NCBI GenBank assembly: GCA_942492995.1
Contig: OW818653.1
Span: 120,001 to 152,000 of the forward strand
Origin: an uncultured Erysipelotrichaceae bacterium
GTDB taxonomy: Bacteria; Bacillota_I; Bacilli_A; Erysipelotrichales; Erysipelotrichaceae
Direction of reading: 5' to 3'
Length of the DNA: 32,000 nt
Shown here in pieces: positions 1 to 9,301 of this stretch. Every line of letters starts with the position of its first letter. Position 1 is the stretch's first letter. Under the pieces are notes generated by a model, which did no database searches, was not told the DNA's origin, and saw only the letters and a list, made by a program, of their open reading frames with translations. Made by a program: the position numbers and the translations under genes.

Positions 1-1
1 T

Positions 2-490
2 GTTTTATGCGCAATTGGTGATTTTGATTCAGTGAGTGAACTTGAGTACCAATCCATTATTACAAATGTTAAACAAATAATAAAAGTCTCATCCATAAAA
101 GATGAGACCGATAGTGAATTAGCGATTAAATGGTGTTTAGATCAAGGTTATACACGTATTCATGTCTATGGCGCACTAAATGATCGTTTAGATCATCAAC
201 ACATTAATCTACAATTAGCGTATAAATACCCAAGTGTTATATTATACGATGCACATAATTACATACAAGCTTTTACAGAAGGTGAATATCGTATAGAGAA
301 AAATGATTATACCTATTTTTCTGTTTTTACCTATGATACATCTATTATTACACTCAATGGTTTTACGTATCCATTAGACCATTACACAATGGATTATCAT
401 GAACTAAAAACCGTATCCAATCAATGGATAAAAAAAGATGCACAACTCATTGTGCACCAAGGCAAAGTACTCGTATACCTAACAAGATAA
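2..490 (+). CDS. thiN: thiamine pyrophosphokinase (5' end outside the window)
   Basis: Frame 2 is open from base 2 and reads VLCAIGDFDS..., the GDFDS motif of thiamine pyrophosphokinases, so the listed GTG at 32 is internal. The rest (HVYGALNDRLDHQHINL..., beta-rich C-terminal thiamine-binding part) fits the family. Confidence 0.8.
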   Translation, partial: VLCAIGDFDSVSELEYQSIITNVKQIIKVSSIKDETDSELAIKWCLDQGYTRIHVYGALNDRLDHQHINLQLAYKYPSVILYDAHNYIQAFTEGEYRIEKNDYTYFSVFTYDTSIITLNGFTYPLDHYTMDYHELKTVSNQWIKKDAQLIVHQGKVLVYLTR

Positions 491-491
491 T

Positions 492-517
492 AAAAAAGGA
501 GTTAGACTCCTATTTAT
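492..517. terminator. bidirectional hairpin between convergent thiN and rpmB
   Basis: AGGAGT (497-502) / ACTCCT (506-511) with a 3-nt loop. An A-run (492-497) lies on one side and ATTTATT on the other. The stem is short. Confidence 0.45.
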
Positions 518-705
518 TAAGCTTGTTGGGCTTTTAATGTTTTTAAAGCACGGGCGGAAATACGGATCCGTTGTGGTTTGCCATCCACAACAACTTTAAC
601 TTTTTGAAGGTTTACATTCCACTTACGACGACTAGCTTGTAGTGAGTGAGAACGTTTATTTCCTGATAATGCTTTTTTACCGCTTACGGCACAAACTCTT
701 GACAT
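517..705 (-). CDS. rpmB: 50S ribosomal protein L28
   Basis: [38 protein letters not shown]... is a typical L28. I start at the internal Met (ATG 705-703), preceded by SD AAAGGGGG. The 23 extra residues of the tracked ORF are hydrophobic junk running into the promoter region. Confidence 0.95.
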   Translation of the reverse strand: MSRVCAVSGKKALSGNKRSHSLQASRRKWNVNLQKVKVVVDGKPQRIRISARALKTLKAQQA

Positions 706-808
706 ACCGTAGTACCCCCTTTCATTTGAATTGCTTATAAAGAATATCATGAAAATAACGACATTGCAAGTCATTACATTAAAAAACTTTTTAATAAAAA
801 AGCCACTA

Positions 809-817
809 TGTTATAAT
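809..817 (+). promoter_or_regulatory. extended -10 (TGTTATAAT) upstream of ftsA
   Basis: TGn at 809-811 and TATAAT at 812-817, about 27 nt upstream of ATG 844. The -35 is weak (TTTTAA). Confidence 0.4.
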
Positions 818-843
818 GATAAAGAAGTTGAGGAGGGGCGACA

Positions 844-2079
844 ATGAACGAACAAGATGTCCAAGTTGGACTCGAAATAGCTGACCATGAAATACGCCTC
901 GTAGTGGGTCAGTTTTTTAATACACGACTAAATATATTAAAGGTTGAACGTGTTCTTTCCTCGGGAATACACAACGCACAAATCGTTGATCAAGCTGCTG
1001 TTATTCAAAAAATAGTGTCCGCAGTTAAACATGTCGAAGAGAATTTAGGGTTATCGATTGAACGTGTTATCTTATCACTACCAAGTGTTGGCTTAGCGCG
1101 TTATGTAAGACGAATCAACGTTCCGATTGAAGAACGTGTAACACTACGTGATATTAAAACTGTTTATAAAGAAGCGCTTCGTACAGAATTACCTGAACAT
1201 CAAGCTTTAGTTAATTTAGCGATTACGAAATCATTGGTTAATGGAATTACGATGCGTAAACTTCCGATTAATGAAGTATGTGATTCTTTGGCTGTAGATG
1301 TGGATTTACTCTGTGCGGATAAAGAAATGGTTTATCGATATGTACAAACCGTAGAAAAAGCGGGTTTACAAGTATCTGAAATAAGTCTAGATAGTTTTGC
1401 GATGGGTAAAGAAGCATCGTTATTTGAAAAATCTCTTGAGCAACATCTCATTGCGGTTAAAGTAGAGCGTCAAACAACAAGTTTAAGCTTATTCGCAAAA
1501 GGTAAACTAGTGAGTACAGAAACCATTAATTTGGGTTCTAAACAAATTATTAGCGCAATGGTGAATCGATTTAATTTACCAATTGATATAGCAGATCGTT
1601 TATTACACATGAATGCACGTTTTGGATTAGATCATTATCCAAATACACCTATCTATTTATGGTCTACGGATGGTAAAACGCACACCTTAAGTGAAGAAGA
1701 TTTGATGAATGTGATTCAACCGATCTTAAATGTATGGATTGATGAAATAAAATCAACTATTTCACCAATTTTAGAGACATCTAATGCTAAAATAGTATTA
1801 TTCGGTGAGTCCGGAGAAATAAATGGATTTGATCAACTGTTAGCGCAAACGTGTAAATGCGAATGTGAATTGTACATTCCTGAGACATTGGGTGTACGCT
1901 CATCTGCGCTTGCGAGTGTGACAGGATTATTCTATGTGCTTAAGGACCAAACGCCACTTCGTGAATTTCTTGCGGGTGTGGATATGGGATTATTTAATCA
2001 AATGTTAGTTAAAGAAAAAGAAACAATCAATGAAGATACCATTTCTGGTAAATTCAAAGGTTTATTTGAAAGACGTTAA
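844..2079 (+). CDS. ftsA: cell division protein FtsA
   Basis: 411 aa, immediately upstream of ftsZ, with SD GAGGAGGGG. Actin-like fold pattern with a C-terminal amphipathic membrane-targeting tail, GKFKGLFERR. Confidence 0.9.
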   Translation: MNEQDVQVGLEIADHEIRLVVGQFFNTRLNILKVERVLSSGIHNAQIVDQAAVIQKIVSAVKHVEENLGLSIERVILSLPSVGLARYVRRINVPIEERVTLRDIKTVYKEALRTELPEHQALVNLAITKSLVNGITMRKLPINEVCDSLAVDVDLLCADKEMVYRYVQTVEKAGLQVSEISLDSFAMGKEASLFEKSLEQHLIAVKVERQTTSLSLFAKGKLVSTETINLGSKQIISAMVNRFNLPIDIADRLLHMNARFGLDHYPNTPIYLWSTDGKTHTLSEEDLMNVIQPILNVWIDEIKSTISPILETSNAKIVLFGESGEINGFDQLLAQTCKCECELYIPETLGVRSSALASVTGLFYVLKDQTPLREFLAGVDMGLFNQMLVKEKETINEDTISGKFKGLFERR

Positions 2080-2094
2080 TCAAGAGGTAAAACA

Positions 2095-3165
2095 ATGAGT
2101 GAATTAAATTATAATCAAGTCGCAAAGATTAAAGTATTCGGTGTTGGTGGCGCTGGGTGTAATGCGATTAATCGAATGGTTGAAGAAGATGTTAGAGGCG
2201 TAGAATTCTATGTCGCTAATACTGATTTACAAGTTCTAAATATTTCACCAGCGAAGAATAAAATAATCTTAGGTAAAACGATTACTAAAGGTCTTGGGGC
2301 AGGGGCGAATCCAGAAATTGGGTATAAAGCTGCGCTTGAGAGTGAAGATGATATTCGTGAAGCGATGAAGGGTGCCGATATGGTCTTCATTACTGCAGGT
2401 CTTGGTGGTGGTACGGGAACTGGTGCTGCACCATTATTTGCGAAAATTGCGAAAGAATTCGGGATATTAACAGTTGGGATCGTAACGAAACCATTTACGT
2501 TTGAAGGTAAGAAACGTACTGAACAAGCGAATCGTGGATTAGAAGAATTACGTAACTATGTCGATTCATTGATTATTGTGTCGAATAATCAATTGTTAGA
2601 AGTTATTGGACGTATTCCATTTGTGGAAGCGTTTAGAGAAGCTGATAATGTTTTACGTCAAGGTGTACAAACCATTACCGATTTAATCGCAGTACCTGCA
2701 TTGATTAACTTAGACTTTGCGGATGTTCGTGCAGTTATGGAAGGTCAAGGTTCGGCGTTGATTGGGATTGGGATGGCACAAGGTGATAGTAAAGCTCAAG
2801 AAGCTGCGGCTAAAGCGATTACTTCCCCATTACTTGAAGCACAAATTCGTGGTGCACGTAATGCGATTGTAAATGTGACAGGTGGCGAAAGTATTACCAT
2901 CTTTGATGCGAATGATGCGGTTGATTTCATCCGTGAATCAGCTGGTTCTGATATTGATATTATCTTTGGGGTTGCGATTAATGAATCACTTGGGGATAAT
3001 ATTATTATTACGGTTATTGCGACAGGTTTTGATTTACCAAAAGTTAATCAAGTTAAAAACCCTGTTCAAGATGCACGTAAAGTTGTGGAGGATATTCGTA
3101 AAGAAAGTCCTGCAACATTTGAAGACGAAAGTGATATTCCAGGTTTCTTTAAATCAAGAGGTTAG
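2095..3165 (+). CDS. ftsZ: cell division GTPase FtsZ
   Basis: N-terminal VFGVGGAGCNAINRM, tubulin signature GLGGGTGTGAAP, and the C-terminal conserved peptide DIPGFFKSRG. Confidence 0.98.
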   Translation: MSELNYNQVAKIKVFGVGGAGCNAINRMVEEDVRGVEFYVANTDLQVLNISPAKNKIILGKTITKGLGAGANPEIGYKAALESEDDIREAMKGADMVFITAGLGGGTGTGAAPLFAKIAKEFGILTVGIVTKPFTFEGKKRTEQANRGLEELRNYVDSLIIVSNNQLLEVIGRIPFVEAFREADNVLRQGVQTITDLIAVPALINLDFADVRAVMEGQGSALIGIGMAQGDSKAQEAAAKAITSPLLEAQIRGARNAIVNVTGGESITIFDANDAVDFIRESAGSDIDIIFGVAINESLGDNIIITVIATGFDLPKVNQVKNPVQDARKVVEDIRKESPATFEDESDIPGFFKSRG

Positions 3166-3187
3166 TCGAAAGACTAACTTTTATTTT
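3161..3187 (+). terminator. rho-independent terminator after ftsZ
   Basis: GTTAGTC (3161-3167) GAAA GACTAAC (3172-3178) followed by TTTTATTTT. The stop codon TAG sits in the 5' arm. Confidence 0.6.
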
Positions 3188-3197
3188 GTCTGTTTAT

Positions 3198-3205
3198 TGT
3201 ATAAT
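3198..3205 (+). promoter_or_regulatory. -10 element (TG-TATAAT) placed for a leaderless GNAT transcript
   Basis: TATAAT at 3200-3205 with TG directly upstream. Exactly 6 nt (TGAAGT) separate it from ATG 3212, and no usable SD is present. The -35 is poor. Confidence 0.35.
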
Positions 3206-3211
3206 TGAAGT

Positions 3212-4009
3212 ATGATACGAAAAATAAGAGAAACTGAAAAAGAATGGTTAATGGATCGCCTTAAACAAGATCCAAGTCGAACGATGTTTATTTATGGGGA
3301 TATCCAACAGAATGGATTGGAGACGGATTACCAAGAAATATGGTTAGATGAACAAGATGATAAGATAGGAGCTGTTTTATTGCGTTATCACAATAACTTT
3401 GTGTTCTATTTATTCGATACGATTTATGACTTTGCTGGATTTAAAGAGAGATTGGATGATCCAAGAATTAATGTCATGAGTGGAAGTAAATCTCAGATTG
3501 ATTCTCTACCTAGTGAGTTATTTAGTTCATATAAGTTTCGCACCATGTATTTCTGTGAGTGTAAGGAACTAAAGGATAATGTATTAACACCTAGTGTACT
3601 TAGAGCTCAATCGAAAGATGCGCAAGCAATTGCACAATCGTTCTATTCTATTACTGAGTTTAGCGATTTCAATACAAATTTAGAAGACAGAGTACAACGT
3701 ATGTTTGATAAATTAGATTCAAAGAAATCAAGAGCTTATATTGTATACGATCAAGACAAAGTTATCGCACATGCGAATACATCGGTTGAGACAGATGCGT
3801 CGGTTATGGTCGGTGGTGTATTTACCTTTCCTGAATATCGTACACAGGGATTAGCTTCGCAAGTTGTGTATGAATTATCAAAAGAGTGTTTAAGTGAAGG
3901 TAAAGTACCGTGTTTATTCTATGATAATCCTAAAGCAGGGAGTATTTATCATCGTTTAGGCTATGAAACATTTGATTTATGGACAGTAGGTAAAAAGGTT
4001 AACGTATGA
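3212..4009 (+). CDS. GNAT family N-acetyltransferase
   Basis: 265 aa. The C-terminal half carries an acetyl-CoA motif A-like stretch, VFTFPEYRTQGLASQVVYEL. The stop overlaps the nadE start (ATGA at 4006-4009). Substrate unknown. Confidence 0.65.
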   Translation: MIRKIRETEKEWLMDRLKQDPSRTMFIYGDIQQNGLETDYQEIWLDEQDDKIGAVLLRYHNNFVFYLFDTIYDFAGFKERLDDPRINVMSGSKSQIDSLPSELFSSYKFRTMYFCECKELKDNVLTPSVLRAQSKDAQAIAQSFYSITEFSDFNTNLEDRVQRMFDKLDSKKSRAYIVYDQDKVIAHANTSVETDASVMVGGVFTFPEYRTQGLASQVVYELSKECLSEGKVPCLFYDNPKAGSIYHRLGYETFDLWTVGKKVNV

Positions 4010-5883
4010 AAATAGCGATGGCACAATTAAATATTCAAGCTGGACAAATTGATGTGAATCTTAAGCATATGCATCAATTGGTTTTAGATGCGAAAAGTGA
4101 TAATGCGGATCTAATTGTGTTTCCTGAAATGGCTGTTGGAGGTTATTTAATCTCTGATCTTTACCTACAAGAATCGTTTGTGTCACAGTTAACACATGCG
4201 AATGAAGTGATTAAATCATGGTCAAAGGATATAGGGATTATCTGGGGAAATATTAGTCATAATGAATCTGCTAAACGTAATCGCGATGGTCGTTTTAATC
4301 GCTATAATACCGCATTCTTTGCGTATCAAAATGAATGGGTACAAAAAGAAAATAACTTGAATAATGGACATTACTATAAACATTGTCTACCAGATTATCG
4401 TTTCTTTGATGACTCACGTTATTTCAAGAGTGGTTACGATCATGCGCTAGAAAATAATCTTTCATTAACCGATACAATTAATCCATTTATCTTTATTAAA
4501 GAAAAGAAATCGTATCGAATTGGATTAGAGATTTGTGAAGATTTATGGAGTAAAGATTACAATGTCGATCCTACCGATATCTACATTAAACAGAATGTGG
4601 ATTTTATCGTGAATATATCATCATCCCCTTGGACTCTAAACAAAGAATTAAGTCGTGAGAAACGTATTATGGAACATGTGAAAACACATGGTGAACAGAT
4701 GGTTCCTTTTGTGTATGTCAATGCGAGTGGTATGCAGAATAATGGGAAGAATGTCTTAGTGTTTGATGGGGATAGTACGATTTATCGAAAGGATGGATCG
4801 GTTTTAGGCCAATGTAAGGATGATTTAAAACAAGATTGTTTAACCTTTGATTTAGATAAAACTTATCCAGTTCATACCCAAACGAATAAGTTATTAAATG
4901 GTATATTAACAGCGATTACTGAGTTTGATAAACAAGTACTACCGTTTAAACCAAAATGGATTATTGGATTATCGGGTGGAATTGATAGTAGTGTGAATGC
5001 GGCTTTATTGTGTATGGCCTTAGGCAATGATCGTGTTATTGCCTATAATATGGCAAGTCGATATAACCAAGCACAATCCAAAAATATAGCGTATGAAACT
5101 GCACAAAAATTAGGCATTGAATATCATGCAGGAAGTATTGAAGAATTAGTCCATGCGACTGAATCGACCCTAACTCAATATCAGATTGAACCCAAAGAAG
5201 GTTTAGCGTATGAGAATATCCAAGCGCGTTTAAGAGGACATTTATTGTCATCTTTCGCATCGTATAAAGGTGGCGTTATTTGTAATAATGGGAATAAAGT
5301 AGAAGTTGCGCTAGGTTATGCGACCTTGTATGGAGATACAATTGGCGCATTAAGTCCTATAGGTGATTGTACAAAACTTCAAGTCTTTGAATTAGCACAT
5401 GCGATAAACAATCAATATAATCAGATGATCATCGATTCTAACTTAATTCCAGTAATTGAGAATCATACAATTCATTTTGGATTTGCGCCAAGTGCTGAAC
5501 TTAAAACAAATCAAGTCGATCCGATGAAATGGGTTTATCATGATTGGTTGGTTCAATATCTAATTCAATATCCAAGTCATCATATTCTTGATTGGTTAAA
5601 AACCTATCAATCAGGTGAATGGAAGAAAACAGAAGTTGCAGATTGGATGATGTACTATGGATTAGATAATCCAAACGTATTTATCGAAGATATCCGATGG
5701 TTTATGAAGGCATGGCATTCTGCTATCTTCAAACGTATTCAATTCCCTCCAATCGTGACAGTAAGTCGTGGTAGCTTTGGGTATGATTATCGTGAGAGTC
5801 AATTGCCTTACATTGAAAACCATGAAGTTGAAGTGTGTATTAATGAAATATTAAAGGGAAAAACGAATGAAAAAATGGATTGA
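4006..5883 (+). CDS. nadE: glutamine-dependent NAD+ synthetase
   Basis: The N-terminal CN-hydrolase domain has catalytic-type motifs VFPEMAV and LEICEDLW. The C-terminal NAD synthetase domain has the PP-loop GLSGGIDSS. Confidence 0.9.
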   Translation: MKIAMAQLNIQAGQIDVNLKHMHQLVLDAKSDNADLIVFPEMAVGGYLISDLYLQESFVSQLTHANEVIKSWSKDIGIIWGNISHNESAKRNRDGRFNRYNTAFFAYQNEWVQKENNLNNGHYYKHCLPDYRFFDDSRYFKSGYDHALENNLSLTDTINPFIFIKEKKSYRIGLEICEDLWSKDYNVDPTDIYIKQNVDFIVNISSSPWTLNKELSREKRIMEHVKTHGEQMVPFVYVNASGMQNNGKNVLVFDGDSTIYRKDGSVLGQCKDDLKQDCLTFDLDKTYPVHTQTNKLLNGILTAITEFDKQVLPFKPKWIIGLSGGIDSSVNAALLCMALGNDRVIAYNMASRYNQAQSKNIAYETAQKLGIEYHAGSIEELVHATESTLTQYQIEPKEGLAYENIQARLRGHLLSSFASYKGGVICNNGNKVEVALGYATLYGDTIGALSPIGDCTKLQVFELAHAINNQYNQMIIDSNLIPVIENHTIHFGFAPSAELKTNQVDPMKWVYHDWLVQYLIQYPSHHILDWLKTYQSGEWKKTEVADWMMYYGLDNPNVFIEDIRWFMKAWHSAIFKRIQFPPIVTVSRGSFGYDYRESQLPYIENHEVEVCINEILKGKTNEKMD

Positions 5884-7009
5884 TAGTAATCACTTATCGC
5901 TTATTCTTTCATTGATTATTGCGGGATTATTTATCATCCTAATCTATTTCATGTTTCTTAATGTGAATGTTATCTTAACATCACTGTCTAATCTTATTAG
6001 TGTACTATCTCCATTTATCTATGGTTTATCTATAGCGTTTTTAATGGGTCCTCTTGTCGCTTTCTTTGAGAAGAAGGTATTCATTCGATTTAAATGGAAA
6101 CAGAAGCTAAACCGCTTAATATCGATTATTGTGTCATTACTTATAACGATTGGTGTAATCATATTATTCTTCTCATTTGTTATACCTCAAGTGATTCTAA
6201 GTATCGGTTCAATCAGTGAAAAACTCCCTCAATATATGAGTGAAGTTGAGAATTTATTAGGTGCGAACTTCGCGGCATATCGTGAAACCTACGATTGGTT
6301 AAACATCATCGTAGATTCATCTGAAGATCTACTATTAAGTCTAATTAATTCTCTACAAACGTATTTACCGTATGTATTAGATTATTCCATTCAAATCACT
6401 AAGACGATATTTAGTATTATTATGGGACTTGCGATTGCGGTATATATATTATTAGAAAAAGAACGTTTTGCCCTTCAAATCAAGAAGTTGATGTATGCGA
6501 TATTTGGTCAAAAGACCGGTGATTATCTAATCGATTTAAGTCGTTTATCCTCTAATATGATTCATCGATTTATCTTAGGTCAATCCTTTGACTCTATGAT
6601 TGTCGGGATATTATGTTTTATCGGTATGAGTTTTATGGGACTTGCGTATCCTGTTCTAATAAGTGTTATATTCGGTGTTATGAGTATAATTCCAGTATTC
6701 GGACCTTTCATTGGGGCAGTACCAGGAGCACTCATTCTTATTCTTATCGAACCAATCCAAGCCTTATGGTTTGTGATCTATATCATCGTCCTTCAACAAT
6801 TCGATGGTAATGTATTAGGACCTCGTATTTTAGGGGATTCCATGGGTTTACCAAGTTTATGGATCATGTTTGCGATTATAGTCGGTGGAGGATATTTCGG
6901 GGTGGTGGGTATGTTCCTAGGTGTTCCTATTTTCGCTGTAATCTATATCATTTCTAAGAAGTTGATTACACAACGATTAGACAAAGAATCAATCCAAATA
7001 AAAACTTAG
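5867..7009 (+). CDS. AI-2E family transporter (PerM/UPF0118)
   Basis: 380 aa and polytopic, with a family-typical C-terminal block: IPVFGPFIGAVPGALI...QQFDGNVLGPRILGDSMGLPSLWIMFAI. Overlaps the nadE end by 17 nt. Confidence 0.85.
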   Translation: MKKWIDSNHLSLILSLIIAGLFIILIYFMFLNVNVILTSLSNLISVLSPFIYGLSIAFLMGPLVAFFEKKVFIRFKWKQKLNRLISIIVSLLITIGVIILFFSFVIPQVILSIGSISEKLPQYMSEVENLLGANFAAYRETYDWLNIIVDSSEDLLLSLINSLQTYLPYVLDYSIQITKTIFSIIMGLAIAVYILLEKERFALQIKKLMYAIFGQKTGDYLIDLSRLSSNMIHRFILGQSFDSMIVGILCFIGMSFMGLAYPVLISVIFGVMSIIPVFGPFIGAVPGALILILIEPIQALWFVIYIIVLQQFDGNVLGPRILGDSMGLPSLWIMFAIIVGGGYFGVVGMFLGVPIFAVIYIISKKLITQRLDKESIQIKT

Positions 7010-7029
7010 GCAAGTACCTAAGTTTTTTT
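7005..7029. terminator. bidirectional terminator between the AI-2E gene and glnN
   Basis: CTTAGG (7005-7010) CAAGTA CCTAAG (7017-7022) followed by T7. An A-run upstream supplies the T-tract for the minus strand. Confidence 0.6.
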
Positions 7030-7034
7030 ATGCA

Positions 7035-9107
7035 TTAATCAAGTAGGAACAATAAGTCCAAGTAACTAGGGAATGGATACATGTTACGAGGTAACACTAA
7101 TTCTAGTTTATCCACATCTTCACGTATTTCATCGAATAATGGGAATACATCATGACGTAATGCTAAACCTTCTTCTTTAAGTGATTCAATATGATGAGTC
7201 TTATCTAAGTTAACTTTTAACTTCGTTAGTTTCGCATCAATGGAATCCACAAACCCAAGTATTGTATTGATTTGTTTATCGTAGAACGCATAACCTTTTA
7301 AGCCAAGAATTGAACTTAGGTAGATTGTAGTTTGAGGGACAACTTCACGCTCAACCATACGAATTAATGTTTTAGCTTCAACTTGAATGGTCTTAATATA
7401 TTGTTCATATAGAATTTCAGAACGTGCAGCTAATTCATTTGTAGTAAATACCGCATTGCGTTCAAATAATTTAGTCGCTTTATCATCATCCAAGAACTCT
7501 ACAGCTTCAACGAAAGATTTGATGTTTGGTAAGCCACGTTCTTCTGCTTCTATAACCCATGCATCAGAGTAACCATCTCCACTAAACAATACACGGTGAT
7601 GTTTACGCATGATTTCTTGAATAATCTTAAGTGCTTCATCACGTACATCTTGTAAGTATTTGAAATCATCTAAACGATCCGCAACTTCTTTTAATGCGTC
7701 CGCAACGATTGTACTAATAACCGTATTTGCGAATGAAGCAGATAGGGAAGAACCTAACATTCTTAATTCAAACTTATTACCAGTAAACGCAAATGGAGAT
7801 GTACGGTTACGGTCAGTGTTATCTTTTGGCATGTAGGATAAGTTATTCAATGCGGAGAATTTAGCGCCTTCTTTGTTGGTCTTTAAGACTTTCTTATCGG
7901 CTAAGTTCAATAGAATTTGTTCCACTACATCACCCATAAATACAGAGATGATTGCTGGAGGAGCTTCGTTCGCACCTAAACGATGATCATTACCAGGACC
8001 TGAAGCAGCTAAACGAATTAATTCTGGGAATTCATCAATTGCCTTGATAATCGCAGAAACGAATAATAAGAAACGAATATTTTCATGTGGTTTATCACCT
8101 GGTTCTAATAAGTTTTGACCATCATCCGTAATCAATGACCAGTTATTATGTTTACCTGAACCATTAATACCCTTAAATGGTTTTTCATGTAATAAACATG
8201 CTAGATCATGTTTGATTGCGATTTTCTTTAATAAGTCCATTAAAATTTGGTTTTGATCAACCGCAATATTCGCTTCCGCAAAGATAACAGAGAATTCAAA
8301 TTGACCAGGCGCAACTTCATTATGTTCAACTTTAGAGAATACACCGACTTTCCAAAGTTCTGTATTTACTTCATCCATATATGCTTTAACGCGTGCAGGA
8401 ATTGATCCGAAATAATGATCTTCGAATTCTTGTCCACGTGGAGCGCTTGCGCCTAATAAGGTTCTACCCGTTAAGAGTAAATCTTTACGTTCTTCATACA
8501 TTGATTTATCAACTAGGAAATATTCTTGTTCAAGTCCAACGGATAAATTAACATGTTTAACTTGTTTATCACCTAATGTTTGTACAACACGACTTGCCTC
8601 AAAACTTAAACGATCAAGTGCTTTTAATAATGGAGCTTTTTGATCAAGTGGTTCGCCATTGTACGATACGAAAATAGAAGGAATACATAAGACGTTATCA
8701 CGAATGAAAGCAGGCGAACTAATATCCCAGTACGTATAGCCACGTGCTTCGAATGTTGCACGTAAACCACCACTTGGGAAACTTGAACCATCTGTTTCAC
8801 CTTTAATTAAACCTTTGCCAGAGAATTGTGCTAATGCACTACCATCTTTCGCAACTTCTAAGAAACTATCATGTTTTTCTGCAGTTTGACCAGTAAGTGG
8901 TTGGAACCAATGTGTAAAGTGAGTAGCTCCTAATTCCATTGCCCATGTTTTCATCGCATGTGCAATCGCGTCTGCTGTCCCACGATCTAAAGCACTTTCT
9001 TTCGCTAGTGCTGTTTTCCAACTCGTGTAAACAGGATACGGTAAACGTTCGCGCATTAATTTCTCGCCAAATAAATGAATTCCAAAATCATCAAAAGGGT
9101 GTGACAT
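7035..9107 (-). CDS. glnN: glutamine synthetase, type III
   Basis: 690 aa, about twice the length of GSI. The N-terminal region is GSIII-like (FGEKLMRERLPYPVYTSWK...THFTHWFQPLTG), followed by a catalytic core (HNEVAPGQFEFS, KPFKGINGSGKHNNWS). SD AAGGAG. Confidence 0.9.
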   Translation of the reverse strand: MSHPFDDFGIHLFGEKLMRERLPYPVYTSWKTALAKESALDRGTADAIAHAMKTWAMELGATHFTHWFQPLTGQTAEKHDSFLEVAKDGSALAQFSGKGLIKGETDGSSFPSGGLRATFEARGYTYWDISSPAFIRDNVLCIPSIFVSYNGEPLDQKAPLLKALDRLSFEASRVVQTLGDKQVKHVNLSVGLEQEYFLVDKSMYEERKDLLLTGRTLLGASAPRGQEFEDHYFGSIPARVKAYMDEVNTELWKVGVFSKVEHNEVAPGQFEFSVIFAEANIAVDQNQILMDLLKKIAIKHDLACLLHEKPFKGINGSGKHNNWSLITDDGQNLLEPGDKPHENIRFLLFVSAIIKAIDEFPELIRLAASGPGNDHRLGANEAPPAIISVFMGDVVEQILLNLADKKVLKTNKEGAKFSALNNLSYMPKDNTDRNRTSPFAFTGNKFELRMLGSSLSASFANTVISTIVADALKEVADRLDDFKYLQDVRDEALKIIQEIMRKHHRVLFSGDGYSDAWVIEAEERGLPNIKSFVEAVEFLDDDKATKLFERNAVFTTNELAARSEILYEQYIKTIQVEAKTLIRMVEREVVPQTTIYLSSILGLKGYAFYDKQINTILGFVDSIDAKLTKLKVNLDKTHHIESLKEEGLALRHDVFPLFDEIREDVDKLELVLPRNMYPFPSYLDLLFLLD

Positions 9108-9178
9108 CGTTTTTCTCCTTGATTTAAATATGTCTTAATTCTAGCGATAAAATTAAAAAAGTAAAGAAAAATCAGAAA

Positions 9179-9213
9179 AATATTTAAAATATTGATTAAA
9201 TATTTCAAATATT
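9179..9213. repeat. two 15-bp palindromes AATATTT-N-AAATATT spaced 20 bp centre to centre, upstream of glnN
   Basis: 9179-9193 is AATATTTAAAATATT and 9199-9213 is AATATTTCAAATATT. Each has perfect 7-bp inverted arms. They lie upstream of a candidate glnN promoter on the minus strand (TAGAAT = 9143-9138, TTTACT = 9165-9160). Confidence 0.4.
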
Positions 9214-9274
9214 AATAGAATTATTGAATTTTTATAATAAATCATAGATATAAATCGTAAATATTCACAAAACA

Positions 9275-9301
9275 TAAAAAAAGACTAGATTTAACTAGTC
9301 T
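9275..9301 (-). terminator. rho-independent terminator of the nifU-like/PAP2 operon
   Basis: AGACTAG (9282-9288) / CTAGTCT (9295-9301). On the minus strand a T-run (plus-strand A-run 9276-9281) follows. The stop codon lies inside the stem. Confidence 0.6.

Noticed and set aside
2208-3208. Tracked ORFs 2208-2390(-) and 2882-3208(+) inside ftsZ
   Set aside because: Both are fully embedded in, or out of frame with, the unmistakable ftsZ coding sequence. Their translations are low-complexity with no SD. They are shadow ORFs.
5036-6810. Tracked ORFs 5036-5260(-) inside nadE and 6613-6810(+) inside the AI-2E permease gene
   Set aside because: They overlap well-supported genes in other frames, have no ribosome-binding sites, and their translations look like frame-shifted noise.
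7387-9127. Tracked ORFs 7387-7572(+) and 8939-9127(+), antisense to glnN
   Set aside because: They are antisense shadow ORFs of a strongly supported 690-aa gene, with no start context.
9108-9294. GlnR/TnrA box (TGTNA-N7-TNACA) or glutamine riboswitch upstream of glnN
   Set aside because: I searched both strands by eye. The closest candidate, TGTCTTAATTCTAGCGA at 9131-9147, lacks the TNACA arm. The short AT-rich leader shows no conserved riboswitch-like GC helices.
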